DNA from: Eledone cirrhosa
Lineage: Eukaryota
NCBI GenBank assembly: GCA_964016885.1
Contig: OZ024741.1
Span: 328,476,001-328,540,000 of the forward strand
Reading direction: 5' to 3'
Length of the DNA stretch: 64,000 nt
The notes below the pieces were generated by a model. That model did not search any database and was not told where the DNA came from. It was given only the letters and a program-made list of their open reading frames with translations. The translations under genes and the position numbers were made by a program. Below, one piece after another: positions 41,301-55,209 of this stretch (its first letter is position 1; each line of letters starts with the position of its first letter).

Positions 41301-41362
41301 GGAGACCGAATGAATCTGGGTTAACAGGTAACAACGTAGATAGCAATAATAATAGCCTTACC

Positions 41363-41821
41363 GTGGGAACTAGAATGGACCGCAACCGAAATTGCAACTG
41401 TCGCGACAGGGGACGCTGTCCCCTTAGGAGTAACTGCCTGACTGATAGGGCTATATATAGATGCACCGTAATTAACCATAATAGCGTTAAACATTATATA
41501 GGGACTACCTCTGGCCTGTTCAAAAATAGATTTCGAACACATCTTCACTCTTTCGCAAACAAGAAACTAAGACACTCCACTTCGCTCACGAACTACATCA
41601 CAGCATTAAAAGACTCAAACATCAGCTTCTCCACACACTGGGAAATTGTCGGCAGTGCTGCACCGTACAACTTCAAGAGGGAGTGCGAGCTTTGCCTCAT
41701 GGAGCTCTACCATATCATTACGGCACCCCACGAGCTCATCAACAGCAGTGCTGAAACGACGATAAGCTGTACACACAGCTTTAAAATATCCTACTCCAGA
41801 TGGAATAAGAACGAGGAGTGA
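41363..41821 (+). CDS. PLE linker plus GIY-YIG endonuclease (RT missing)
   Basis: CNCRDRGRCPLRSNCL, AIY..YIGTT, FKNRFRTH, STSLTNYI, THWEI, CELCLME, LIN..CTH. Confidence 0.9.
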   Translation: MGTRMDRNRNCNCRDRGRCPLRSNCLTDRAIYRCTVINHNSVKHYIGTTSGLFKNRFRTHLHSFANKKLRHSTSLTNYITALKDSNISFSTHWEIVGSAAPYNFKRECELCLMELYHIITAPHELINSSAETTISCTHSFKISYSRWNKNEE

Positions 41822-42207
41822 AAACCATAAACCGGGTCTCCCTGCACCAAGCTTTAACACCCCGACGGGCAGGCGCTGCAAAAAACATCCGGAAACTAAC
41901 CATGCATCCTCGACTCGGCAAGAATCGACCCTGGCGGGCAGGCACAGCAAACAAACGCCTCGAAACTAACGTTGCATACCTGACCCTGTGCGTATCGACA
42001 ATGGTAGGGAAGTAACCACATAGTCGTAACGGATAAAAAAAATCATCCGGAAAAGACTGCCCTAACACCGGCTAGAGTTATCTCCCTTGACCTACTGCAA
42101 AATCAATACATGTTTTTTTTTTTGTTTACGAAGAATGAACTTATCTGACGTGAACTTATCTCTAAAAACCCATTGCGGGCCATGTAAGGAACGCTTTTTA
42201 GTTGTTT

Positions 42208-42249
42208 ATGCCGTTAAGAAGCCCATTCGGGCGAAACGTACGTAGGTGT
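42208..42249 (+). ncRNA. Hammerhead-shaped motif in the 3' region of the 41363 PLE fragment
   Basis: AUGCC-GUUAAGA-A-GCCC(auuc)GGGC-GAAA-CGUACG-UA-GGUGU. Palindromic stem III, GUA triplet, two core substitutions. Confidence 0.6.
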
Positions 42250-42455
42250 TATTTTAAATAAACATGTTTTAACGGTTGGTTCTCCTTTATTTACTTCTCC
42301 ACGTGCTTCCGCTCTGCTAATTCTCTCGCCCACTAGATATTAACACTTCTAATATTTAACACTGCCGGCACTAGTATTGAGCACCCTCTGCATACGCTAT
42401 TGGCAAATAACTACATCTATCGCCTTTCCCTCTTTCCCTCCCTCGATACGTAAAT

Positions 42456-42496
<41 letters not shown>

Positions 42497-42868
42497 GAAA
42501 ATAGAGAAATTAATGTGAGCAAGAAGACAACAGTATTTCATAATATATATATGTGACTATAACGTCAAAATGAAAAATATTTAACATAAGATATGGGAAA
42601 ATAATTCAAACTCAATTAAAAAATATCAAAACAGAGATTTTATCCACAGGATTTTCAAATTATTTAGTCCTAGGGATCGAATTAGTGAAGTGGCCAATGT
42701 CTGTACATAATGAGGGAGTGAGAGGGGAGAGAAAGAAACGGAGAGGCGAAGTGACGAAGTGGATCTCTACTCCTCCCCCTCCATCTCCCCATTCGCCACA
42801 GCGTTTTTCGATAGAGGGGAGAAATGTGAGAAAGAAACAGACAGACTAAAAGAGGGGGATAGCGGGAA

Positions 42869-42929
<61 letters not shown>

Positions 42930-43087
42930 CAGACGCTGTGTTTGATACATGACAGTGAAGATGGGAAGCAAAGGTATAACTAATTAACATGTGAGCGTGT
43001 GTGTGTGTGCGTGCGCGTGTGTGTGTGTTCGTGCAGCGTTCCACTAAGAGTTAAATCTATTAACATATGTGTGTGTGTACGTGCACA

Positions 43088-45903
43088 CGTGATGAGGTCA
43101 CGCAATACCAAGTTGGCCATTACATCAGCAGCAACGAGGCTTTCTGGCGTATTTTCGGCTTCCCTATACACCAAAGGCACTCTGCAATTGAACAGCTCGC
43201 AGCCACCTGCAGAATGGTGAAAGGGTGTACTTCACTGACGTTAATGCTGCTCAAATGGTGGAGGAACTACGGGAAACCACCCTCACTGCATTCTTCAAAC
43301 TTTGTGAGGCCGATTCATTTGCTCAAACCCTGCTGTATCCTCAGGTGTCGTCCTATTAGACATGGAATAAACAACAATGGGTTCGCAGAAAGGCAGGTCA
43401 GCCTGTTGATGGACATCCTGGCATAAAGTTTAACAGTTGCCTAGGGAGATTTTACACAGTAAACCCGACCCAGCATGAGTGATTGTACCTCCGTCTTCTG
43501 CTACATGAGTTAAGAGGACCCCAGTCCTTTCATGGCCTTAGAACTGCCGACGGTTCTATGTGCCGCACTTACAGGGAAGCTTGCTTCAAGTGCGGCCTGC
43601 TAGAAGACGGTGCGCAGTGGGATGCCACATTATTCGAAGCTGTTGCATCTCAATCGCCTATGCGCCTACGAGCTCTATTTGCAGTACTGCTGCAAACTGG
43701 CGAACTGAGTAATCCTATCTCTTTGTGGCTCAAGTATAAAGATGACTTATCCGAGGACTACAAACGTCAGGCACAAGTGCAATACCCTGAGATAGAACGT
43801 ACCAGCGACGAAGTCTTCAATCTATCGTTGATTGACATAGAGGATAGAGTTGCATCACTCGGCGGAAATTATTTGCCCTCATATGGTCTGCCCCAAACAA
43901 TCCGTACAGGTTCAAACGTACTTCCTACAGCTCTTCTCCGAGAAACGTCCTACGACGTCGATGCTCTTACCAAGTACGTCCTTGAAACTGAAACACAACT
44001 CCTTCCGGACCAACGTTGTGCTTACACCATTGTTGCCGAATATGTGCGCCACAGAAAAGGAGGTATGTTCTTTCTGGATGCTCCTGCCGGGACGGAAAAA
44101 CATTTTTAACGAGACTCCTCCTTGCAAAAGTCAGGATGCACAAGGACATTGCGGTTGCTGTTGCCTCTTCTGGAATTGCTGCCACTTTGTTGCCCGGTGG
44201 CAGGACCGCACACTCCAGTTTTAAATTGCCTCTCAATTTAACAACATCAGAAACTCCTACTTGCAGCATCAGCAAGACCTCCGCCCAGCGCCAAGTCCTA
44301 AAATGACGTCAGCTCATTGTGTGGGATGAGTGCACCATGGCCCATAAGGGAGCTCTAGACGCATTAAATAGAGCTCTAAAGGACATCAGAGCTGCCACGC
44401 TGCAGGAGAGCTGGAAGTGTGGCCATTTTCGACCTTAATTAATTCTGCGGGGGAACTGAAAGACAAAGTGTTTCCAGATTTGAGAGACAATTACCAGAAT
44501 CACGCATGGTTGTGTGAAAAAAGCAGTGCTAGCTCCAAAAAAAGTCGCTGTTAACAAAACCAACGACTAACTACTGCATTCCTTTCCTGGTGTTCTTCAC
44601 ACTTACAAATCTGTTGACACGATGCCAGATCCCAATGAAGTGGTGAACTTTCCGCCGGAGTTCCTCAATTCTTTGGAGCCCCCAGGACTACGGCTTCACA
44701 TGCTTCTCCTTAAAGTTGGCACCCCTGTAATGCTGCTGCGGAATTTGGAACCACCAAGACTGTGCAACAGGACACGCTGGCTGTAAAAAAATTGATGGCA
44801 CATGTAATCAAGGCAACAATCCTTTCTGGATGCGGAAAAGGTGATAATGTCTTCATTCCGAGAATTCCTCTCATTCCCTCGGGAGCAGAAATTCCGTTCA
44901 CCTTCCGAAGACTCCAATTTCCGCTTCGGGTCAGTTTTGCCATGTCCATCAACTAGTCCCAGAGCCAGACTCTTTCTGAGGCCTGACTTCTTCTGGAAGA
45001 ACCGTGTTTCTCCCACGGACAATTGTACGTTGGGTGCTCTAGTGTGGGCAGCAGGGAAAGTCTTTTCGCATTTGCACGCCGAAGAAAAACAAGAAACATC
45101 GTTTACAACGAGGTGTTGTAAGTGCAACCGCGAGGAGATAGGTCCGTAATTACCATTTCTTTAGCCAGCCTGATGAGCTTTTAAACAGTCTCTTAACTAA
45201 AACGTATGTTTCCCTCGGTTTAAGGTGATCGCCTTCAGAGAGGAACCCATCTTGATAATCGGCGCGGCAATTTAAGGCGTCTGGATAAACCGTGAATGCA
45301 TACAGTCATTCTAATGGCTGCCAATGAACGCAACTGAAGTCCTTTTTGCGGCCGTTGGAGAACGTAGTCAAAGTCCTTTCAAGGGCTACAAGTGAACGAT
45401 CAAACGGCCCACTTTAGGGCCGAAATTGTTGATGGTGACCCCTCATTTTTAGGGCTGTCAGTGAACGCACACACAACCCTATTTAAGGGGCCCTACTTGA
45501 AATTGTTTGACGGCCACCGCAATGATAAATTCAAATCATCCAGTATCCGCTAAAACAGTGTTATGAGCGCTAGAGTGGTCAGACTGGTATGTTATCGCTC
45601 TTCTTAACAAGCTCGGTTTACCTTTACTTATTTTTCCTAACAACATTTGCCTCCTTTTTTTAAGGTGAACACTCACAAGACCCTTTTTAGCCCCCCCCCC
45701 CCCCCTCCACCATGAAATTGGAAATATAGAATTGCTCACAACAATTATTTTTTTTTATGAACTCAGAATTGATTTCATCGTGTGTCCCAATTGAGGAATA
45801 AATGGAATTTAGAATAACACATTTCTGTACAACATATTTTGCTCTTTTCTTCTAATATGTAAGGAACAATTTCATTCCCGGGCAACGCCGGGTGCCTATG
45901 CTA

Positions 45904-45904
<1 letters not shown>
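43088..45904 (+). mobile_element. Helitron, internally deleted RepHel (PIF1-like helicase half) with intact 3' end
   Basis: DEV..YISSNEAFWRIFGFPIH, YLRLLL..RGPQSF, Walker A FLDAPAGT(GKTF, frameshifted), GIAATLLPGGRTAHS, Walker B IVWDE, QFPLRVSFAMSIN, HGQLYV; CCCGG-GCAACG-CCGGG hairpin and CTAG|T at 45901-45904. Confidence 0.93.
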
Positions 45905-45988
<84 letters not shown>

Positions 45989-46422
45989 CCAACGCTCAAA
46001 CGACTCTGTCAATTCACCGCTTCGTTTCTTTTGCTATTAAGAGCATGTGAACTATTGAGCCGTCAAACGGCATTACGACATACTAATAACTTGGTCAACG
46101 ATATATGAACTCGTGCAATCTTCATATTTATGGTTTTAGCATGTCTATTAATGTAAAATTGGAAAGCATCCCCTTAGCTATGCAACCATAATTGGCTTCA
46201 TCCCAAAGTCTTAAGAAAAAACGATATTAGATTCTAGTTAGGAAATATTGAATAAGAAGCGTAGCAAATTACAAAACTGCCATCCGAAGGAAATTTCGAA
46301 TATGTTAATATACGATCTATATTTGAACTGCCGCAAACTAAATCTTGCATTTAGTAAACCCAATGGCTCAGAGCATTATTAGTATTATATGTATCATTAC
46401 TATTATTATTATTTATTATATA

Positions 46423-46534
<112 letters not shown>

Positions 46535-47233
46535 ATGTTTGTTTCTCTTTTTTTGTTTTTTGTTTTCCTTATAGTAAACTGTAACTACGTTTGGGGATTT
46601 CTGAACTCTTCTCTGACAACATAGGATATTTGCCAATATATTCCCGACTTACCGATAAATGGAATTAGTGAGATAATGGAAAATTAAATTTAGAAAGTAT
46701 ACTTGCGACGAAAGGGGCACAAACGTCTTCGTACATTCGTTGCAAGTAATGCGGTTAGGTCGTAAAATCAGGATTAACTATCGAAGCAATGCCAGAGCAT
46801 TTGTCCAGGGTATTTTGGCATAAGCAACAGCTGAATATCTTCTTAGAGATATCCGAACAAAGCCATAATACTTGAGATATTTTTAAGCAAGATAATGACG
46901 TTTTACGTTTCGTATACAAAGTTGAAGTAGATTTGATATCTACAGCTGTAAGTCGAAAACGTATTACATGTTTACTTCGTAAGGGATTACGGTTCATAAT
47001 ATGTACATTTACACATTCGTATTTGAATGATAATGCATTCAGAATCTTATTTAACCATTGCGAAGAGCCGTAAGCTGTGGTAGATGCCTGTTTCGTTGTT
47101 CAATGAAGTGAGATAACGTTTGCAACTTTCAATCTACAACATCTATAAATACCACTTGATTAATAGAATAAAATGATAGGAATTTTGTATTTACATCTAT
47201 TTTAAATGGAGTTATTTTCCTCTGTATATATAT

Positions 47234-47299
<66 letters not shown>

Positions 47300-47678
47300 T
47301 AAGTCCAGCAATCCGAAGGTGGTAATCTGTTTTCCGGGAAATTATCCAGTTTCGTGGGGCTACAAACCTACATACATACCCAGAGTCATCCGACAGACAC
47401 GTGATAATACACACACACACAAAATACACACACACACACGTGCAGACACACTTATACACACACATCCCACCTATTCGCGAAAATACACACACACACACAC
47501 ATAATCATACACAAGCACATACATAGGAACAACAGAAAAAAGCCGCATACACACACACTCATACGCACACATACACCCCCCTCCCCCAAAAAACAAAAGA
47601 ACTCACAGGCATACACACACACACCAACAAATGTATGTATGTGTGTGTAGTTATTTTAATAAATAAATATATATATAT

Positions 47679-47750
47679 AGTTTCAGAAGATCCCGTTAAG
47701 GGTGAAAGCAGCAATTCTTTGCTTAATTTTAATCTGTTATTTTAATAAAT
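47679..47750 (+). mobile_element. Repeat family C short copy
   Basis: AGTTTCAGAAGATCCCGTTAAGGGTGAAAGCAGC starting directly after (TA)n. Confidence 0.7.
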
Positions 47751-47835
47751 ATTTGCTCTACGGTTCTTATATATTTGATATATATTTATCCTTATCGAGC
47801 CCTCTTTGGATTTTAGTCTTCAAATTTATTATTAT

Positions 47836-47897
<62 letters not shown>

Positions 47898-48439
47898 GAC
47901 AATCCTCTCAGGGAATTGATAAACAGGGGCACAAATGGGTGGAATCAGTTATGCTGTGAATATTTTCAATATGTAGAAAATGACACTGCAACAATAACAA
48001 CAGCATGAACAAGGACAACAACGGCAACAACAAAAATGACAATAATGGCAACAACAACATCAATAATGGCTGCGACGTAGACAGCAGCGTCAATAGCAGC
48101 AACAATGAGTAGCACAGAAATGAGCAGCAGAGAAGTTAGCAGCAACAACATCATCAATAACAGCAGCACTAAAAACAAGTAACAGAAACACACAACGACA
48201 TCGAGAACGTGAAAAGGGAAAGTAACAACATTGTCAATAATAATTGTTTCTACTTTTGGCACAAGGCCAGCGATTATCCCAGTGCATTACTGGTACTTCA
48301 AAATTCTCACACAATATTTATTTTAAAAAAGAAAGACTATCTCTGTCTTCATTTTTTGATATTTTTTTCTTCTTAATCAACAGTCCTTCATCAACATGAA
48401 CATCGTTATCATTATTATCATTATATTCTTCTTCTGCTT

Positions 48440-48440
48440 C

Positions 48441-48471
<31 letters not shown>

Positions 48472-48525
48472 CTTCTTCTTCTTCTTCTTCTTCTTCTTCT
48501 TCTTCTTCTTCTTCTTCTACTACTG

Positions 48526-48556
<31 letters not shown>
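48440..48556. repeat. (CTT)n-(CTA)n trinucleotide microsatellite
   Basis: Directly visible. Confidence 0.95.
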
Positions 48557-48559
<3 letters not shown>

Positions 48560-48643
48560 GACAGCTAGATCCGATGTCGAAACAGCCGGAGCTCAGCCGT
48601 CGGGGTCCTGACTCTTTTCCTATATATATATATATCCAAAATT

Positions 48644-49320
48644 AAGTTCTAGTTAAACTTTAATCAGATACCTACCTAGATGTGTGTGCTTACATACTTT
48701 ACAAATTATCCCCTGTGATTGTTTTATGTGTTTATTTTAGATATATATATATATATATATATGTCAATAAATTTCTAGTTGATATAAAATGCTCATATCT
48801 CTTCACTGGAATTTTTAAGCATATTCTACAGTGGATATGGCGCTTGTCTCTCGGACATGACAGCCTTAATTTAATTTTGTATATATATTCGGCCCCTTAA
48901 TTGTAGAGCTAACTCAGTTAAAAGCACTCGACTGCTATTTCTAGCTGTCGATAATCCTATTCACGCCACTGGGATGATGCTGGTAGGATGTGTGTATTTT
49001 TAAGAAATGCAACACTTGCTACGAATCATTCGCAGATTCGCATTTGCTGTGTAAACACAGATAGTTAAATCCTCTCCCTTGTTGAAAATCCGTATTTGGC
49101 TACTGTGATTTACCGATTGATGGTGAAATATATTTCTTTAATGAAATATATACAAAGGAGATTAATCATTTTAAATGGTATCTATATTTGAAGTTCTAGT
49201 TAATCTTTAATTAGTTACCTACCTTGCTATGTGTGCTTACACACTTTACAAATTATCCCTGTGATTGTTTCAGGTGTTTCTTTTAGATATATATATATGT
49301 CAATCAATTTCTAGTTTATA
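48644..49320. repeat. Diverged local duplication (~130-bp unit at ~48644 and ~49191)
   Basis: Shared AAGTTCTAGTTAA..TGTGTGCTTACA.ACTTTACAAATTATCCC..TTTTAGATATATA..GTCAAT.AATTTCTAGTT. Confidence 0.75.
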
Positions 49321-49993
49321 TATATATCCAAATTGTAAGATGAACTTTTTACTCTATCATAGTTCAATCTTTATTAATTGTTTTAAACTTGGAAGCCCTG
49401 GTCGAGTATTTCATAGTTCATTTATTTTCTTTTTTCAATTTGAAAAAACGTGCCAACGTTTTCATTGATATAGCGAGTGCTTCATTACCTCCTCGTCACT
49501 GTCATGTTCAACTGAGATTGGAACTTACTACTGTATTGGCGACTTCAAGCCAAAATGGTAGGCTCGTACCGACCTGTTCTGAAGGGGCTAATTCCTAAAT
49601 GATGAAGCTGATCTTGCCTGATTATGTAACACTTAGTATTATTACCTAATTATGAATTGTGCACGCCAGCTCCATATGGACTGTCGCCATCAGATGGAGT
49701 GACAGAAATTAATGCATTAGTCCGGGGCCAGAGAACCAAACTCTGTACCCACACGAAATCTTTTTTCTCAACATTTAACGTATAAGTCTCACTCTGCTTT
49801 CACTCTGTTTGCTGTCTTAATGATACTGGCTTAATTAAAGCATTGAGAAAGTGGGAACATGATCGAAGGTTTTCCGAACCTATCCGATGACTACATTTCA
49901 GTATTATATATATATGTGTGTATATATATATGTATAAATATAGACATGTATATATATATATGTGTGTATATATATATGTATATATATATAGAC

Positions 49994-50105
<112 letters not shown>

Positions 50106-50210
50106 GTCTATATATATATATACATATATATACACACATATATATATATATACACACACATATATATATATATATATACATATATATACACACATATATA
50201 TATACACACC

Positions 50211-50271
<61 letters not shown>

Positions 50272-50272
<1 letters not shown>

Positions 50273-50568
50273 GGTGCATGGCTTAGTGGTTAGAGCATTG
50301 GGCTTGCAATTGACAGGTTGTGAGTTCGATTCTAGGACCGGGTGATGCGTTGTGTCCTTGAGCAAGACATTTTATTCCACGTTGCTCCAGTTTACTCAGC
50401 TGTAGAAATGAGTTGCGTCGTCACTGGTGCCTGGCGTGGAGAGTGGAGACTGGTATGCATGGGCGACTGCTGGTCTTCCACAAGACAAACCTTGCCCTGG
50501 CTTGTGCCTCGGAGGGAAACTTTCTAGGTGGAAAACTATGGCATTCGTGACCGAGTGTGGCCAAAGCG
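50272..50568 (+). mobile_element. tRNA-derived SINE, family S2
   Basis: A box TGGCTTAGTGG, B box GAGTTCGATTC, body TGTGTCCTTGAGCAAGACA..CGTTGCTCCAG..ACTCAGCTG. Confidence 0.85.
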
Positions 50569-50688
50569 ATATATATATATATATATATATTAGCAAAATA
50601 TATTCGAGAACGGATATGTAATCTGTATGCCTGTGGTCACACACACACCCACATACACACACCACATACATATATATATATATATATA

Positions 50689-50908
50689 CAGTGGCAGACT
50701 GGGTCTAAAAATATTGGTTGCCAGGAAATGAAGAGGCGCACCTACATATAGAATGCTATCATTTAATTTGTATAAGGAATAAATAACATTTTCAAAAAAT
50801 ACATAAGCGGAATTAAAACAGTGCAATCAGATTTTTGCGGAAAAACATCTTACCGTCTCCAATAAAAAATATTATGTATTTTGCCAAATCCAGAGACTTT
50901 CAATAATA
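50689..50908 (+). mobile_element. Putative DNA-transposon end fragment (CAGTGG start), duplicated at 52942-53143
   Basis: Both copies start CAGTG directly after (TA)n and align over ~200 bp. Confidence 0.5.
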
Positions 50909-50999
50909 ACCAGAAATAAAAGGAACGATCGACTTTCGTCAAATCGGACCGAGGAAACAATGTTTACATTGATTTTTCCAATTGCTAATATTATGTATC

Positions 51000-51130
51000 G
51001 GTCGCAACTCCAGGTAGAAGGAGCAACGTGAAATAAAGTCTTGCTCATAACGCATTGCCCGGTTCTGGAATCGAACTCACAACCTCACGATTGTGAATCC
51101 AATTCTCTAACACTCAGCCACGCGCCTTCA
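51000..51130 (-). mobile_element. tRNA-derived SINE, family S2-like
   Basis: Minus: GGCGCGTGGCTGAGTGTTAGAG..GAGTTCGATTCC..CTTTATTTCACGTTGCTCC. Confidence 0.75.
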
Positions 51131-51675
51131 TAATAACCAGAAGTCGACCCTAAATATTACTAATAACTCTAGGAAAGCCATGAACGACACCACATCTTTT
51201 TAACTTTGATTTTGAAAGTAGGTTTATAATTATCAATTTTCATTATACTTTTGTAGATTTCTCGGTGGCATAATTGGAAGAGACAGAGACGGTGGTGATC
51301 CTCGTCTGAATTTATATGAAAGTAGGGTTCCCGGTAAACCTTTTCAGTTTTATCCTATTGGTTGTGAAATAAAAACTGAAAAAGATTACATGTACCTCTT
51401 GACCAGGATTGAACCCCAGGACAGGATCCCAACCGTCTCTAGTACCGACCGCTAGGCCACAGGGAAAACTACGAAGATCTTATGAAAAATTAATACTTAT
51501 AAACCTACATTCAAAATTTTCAAAACAAGGTGTTGCGGTGTCGTTCATATCTTTCTCATGTTATTGCTCCTACTTAAGGTCGACTTCTAAATTACCCTCG
51601 GTTTGTTTCACATCTATCTAGACTATATTTTAACCTGTAATCCATGCTTCATTTCTTTTCCCCCCCTCCCCCATC

Positions 51676-51706
<31 letters not shown>

Positions 51707-51813
51707 TTCTTTTTCTATCTGTGATATTGATCCTACTATGATTTGGGCTTACCTTATTCCTATATATATGTTTTTGCATATCAGTTAAATTCAAACTTAC
51801 AATGATTGGCATA

Positions 51814-51871
<58 letters not shown>

Positions 51872-52179
51872 CACACTGATGGGCAGATACATATTTATAT
51901 GTACACAAGTATTGCAATACGGCAAGGCCTAATGGATTCCCCTTGCAGTACGTACAATCTGGACACTCACACACACCTTGGTATTATGCCAATACTATAT
52001 ATCATTAAACACCTTTTATTATTAAGGTTTTTGATGTTCTATTGAGAATATGGTTTTTAATGAAAATATCGAATAATGTACACCATTTTACCAGTATCAC
52101 AAAAATACTGGTCTATCCCCTCCCCACACACATTATCACACACACACACACACATATATACACACACATATATACACAC

Positions 52180-52223
<44 letters not shown>

Positions 52224-52877
52224 ACTTCTCCGTATAAGACAAGAGCTGAAAAATATATTTTAACATGTTAAAATATCCCCCACACACTTACAGACACATT
52301 CCTACTGACCATCCCTCTACCACGAATTACTCTGCTACACACACACACACACACACTTGTCTTAATAGGAATTTGAACTGTCAACAGGCTGCGCTTCGCA
52401 CACACATCCCTGCTGACCATTATCACAACAACGAACCTTTTTACTACTACTACTACACACACACACACACATATTTGTTTTGAAAGACTTATTTTTCAGT
52501 GACTTCTCAATCAGCCGACACAAACCTACATTTGGCGCAAATTCAATTTTTAACATTCACATGACCTCTACCGACCAATCAAAATTGTTTTGACCACAAG
52601 AATTTTTGCAACACGAATAGGCGCGAAACTTATTTTAATACCTCTGGAGCCACTTTTTTCACATAAAAACAGGTAGAATTCCCAAAACTAATCAGATCAG
52701 AGCAAACATCACGGGCGCTCTATCTCAAAATTATTTTTGAAAAGCATTAGAAATGCGCAACCGGTAAATATTAAAACCAAAACTGAATACTAACCAATAC
52801 TATTACTAATTCTCACTTATTCCTAATTAAACTATTTTTCACTGTGAACAATTTGTCAGCATTTTCTTTTCCGTTTA

Positions 52878-52941
<64 letters not shown>

Positions 52942-52944
<3 letters not shown>

Positions 52945-53143
52945 TGACGGACTAGGTCTGGAAATATTGGTTGCCACCTACATATAGGATGCTATCATTT
53001 AAATTTCATAATAAATAAATAACATTTTCAAAAAATACACAAGTGGAAAGAAAACAGTGCAATCAAATTGTTGCGGAAAAATATCTTACCTTCTCTAATA
53101 AAAGGTAGTATGTATTTTGCGAAATCTAGAGACTTCCAATAAT
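52942..53143 (+). mobile_element. Second copy of the 50689-50908 element
   Basis: Direct repeat with a short internal deletion. Confidence 0.55.
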
Positions 53144-53169
53144 GATATTTTCTCTTTCACACTATCTCA

Positions 53170-53243
<74 letters not shown>

Positions 53244-53297
53244 ATGTATGTGTGTGTGTGTGTCTGTGAGTGTGTGTATATATATATATATATATAC

Positions 53298-53500
53298 AAA
53301 TTTTAGCACAGCATCAACGAAGATTTTGGATGCAGCCAAGCTAACGAATGCAGTTTTGGTGTGCACCAGCTAAGCACTCAATAGGGAATAACCCTAGAGT
53401 CATAACATCACGTTTAGACAGCTTTGAAAATCAAATACAGCGACCGATAGACGGGCCGCAGTGACCATAGCGATGAAGAAAACCGAACTCAGGAACAATT
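53298..53500. repeat. Dispersed repeat, homologous to ~63708-63915
   Basis: AAATTTTAG.ACAGCAT..AAGCTAACGAATGCA..AGCACTC..AAATCAAATA.AGCGA..ACTCAGGAA, both beginning after (TA)n. Confidence 0.7.
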
Positions 53501-54115
53501 TTTGACTGACCTGGACCATCGCGTTAATATCATAGACAACACAATATATACCATACAATATACATCACATATAATATATAACATCTCCGCTAGGTTTCTG
53601 TAAATCAGAAATCGACAAAATCCACTTGCAGAGGCCTGCAAGTTAATGGTTTTTCACGACAGAACAAAGGATTTTACTTCGACATATATATATAGATGCT
53701 TGTGTGCCTGTGTCTATATATGTATGTTTGCATGCATGAATGAATACACTAAGCTTTAGATTTTGAGCTATTTGCACTTTTATAAGTCAAGATTAGTCTG
53801 TCGTTACACCAGAATAAATTGCACAGAAAAATCTTGAGTGTGAAATCTCCAGAACGAGGGATATTACTAGCAAGCCCATACCAGTAATTATCGGAGACTG
53901 GGGTTAATCAGAACGAAACAAATCCCACAAGATATCTCACCAAACCTTTGTTTATGACAATCCTGTAAGCGAATATAATTATACATTATAATGTCTACTG
54001 AGTACATTTTCCTGTTGTACACACACACATACATGCACAGACTCATATACGTATGTGTATATGTGTATATGTGACTTGCATACGTATGTGTATATGTGTA
54101 TGTATATATAACATG

Positions 54116-54159
<44 letters not shown>

Positions 54160-54186
54160 CAGAGTATAAAAGTTTTAATATAGATG

Positions 54187-54237
54187 AGATTCTACAGGAC
54201 TAGAACTGTTTCATTCTTAAGAAATCATCAGGAATCT
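54187..54237 (-). ncRNA. Complete type I hammerhead ribozyme candidate (family F)
   Basis: AGAUUC-CUGAUGA-U-UUC(uuaa)GAA-U-GAAA-CAG(uucuaguc)CUG-UA-GAAUCU: 6-bp stem I, canonical core, 4-bp stem III, GUA triplet. Confidence 0.75.
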
Positions 54238-54368
54238 GGGTATCAAAAAATAAGTATGGTATTTATACGTCTCTACAAGTGGTAGGAGAGGGTGGGGAGT
54301 GGGATGGGTGTAGGTCATTGGTTGATAAAAAAGGGAATTCATTAAAAGCTAATTCATTAAAAGCTATA

Positions 54369-54726
54369 GTTTATTTTTATTTTTATTTTTATTTTTATTT
54401 TTATTTTTATTTTTATTTTTATTTTTATTTTTATTTTTATTTTTATTTTTATTTTTATTTTTATTTTTATTTTTATTTTTATTTTTATTTTTATTTTTAT
54501 TTTTATTTTTATTTTTATTTTTTATTTTTTTTTACTTTTATTTTTATTTTTATTTTTTTTATTTATTTTTTTTTTTTTTATTTTTTTTTTATTATTATTT
54601 TTTTTTTTATTTATTTATTTTTTTATTTATTTTTTTATTTTTTTTTTTTTATTTTTTTTTTATTTTTTTTTTATTTTTTTTTTATTTTATTTTTTATTTT
54701 TATTTATTTTTTTATTTTTATTTTTA
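54369..54726. repeat. (TTTTTA)n simple repeat, regular then degenerate
   Basis: Directly visible. Confidence 0.95.
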
Positions 54727-55069
54727 GAGTAACAAAGGCAGAAAGAATTCTATAAACATGTTCAGGATGGGGTGCCACTCATTATTAAGTTTCTCTTAAC
54801 AGGTGTCTATAAGATCAGAAATAGCTTTTAATGAATACCCTTTTTTTATCAACCAATGACCTATACCCATCCTACTGTCCACCCTCTCCTACCACTTGTA
54901 GAGACCTATAAATACCATACTTATCTTTTGATACCCAGATTCCTGATGATTTCTAAAGAATGAAACTCTTCTAGTCCTGTAGAATCTCATCTATATTAAA
55001 ACTTTTATACTCTGCAATGTATTGAGTACCTTACCTACTGTAGTTACCTCCGATTCAACCCGGAATAAC

Positions 55070-55126
<57 letters not shown>

Positions 55127-55145
55127 GGTGTGTGTGTGTGTGTGT

Positions 55146-55205
<60 letters not shown>

Positions 55206-55209
55206 GTAT

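Larger units (their letters stand above)
54159..55015. mobile_element. Inverted pair of family F pLTR-like repeats (~190-bp arms) around a (TTTTTA)n tract
   Basis: 54159-54350 is the near reverse complement of 54822-55015. Each arm has a hammerhead motif. Confidence 0.85.

Noticed and set aside
54369-54726. Telomeric repeat or the 158-aa FYFY ORF
   Set aside because: (TTTTTA)n is not a G-rich telomere repeat; the ORF is a low-complexity artefact.
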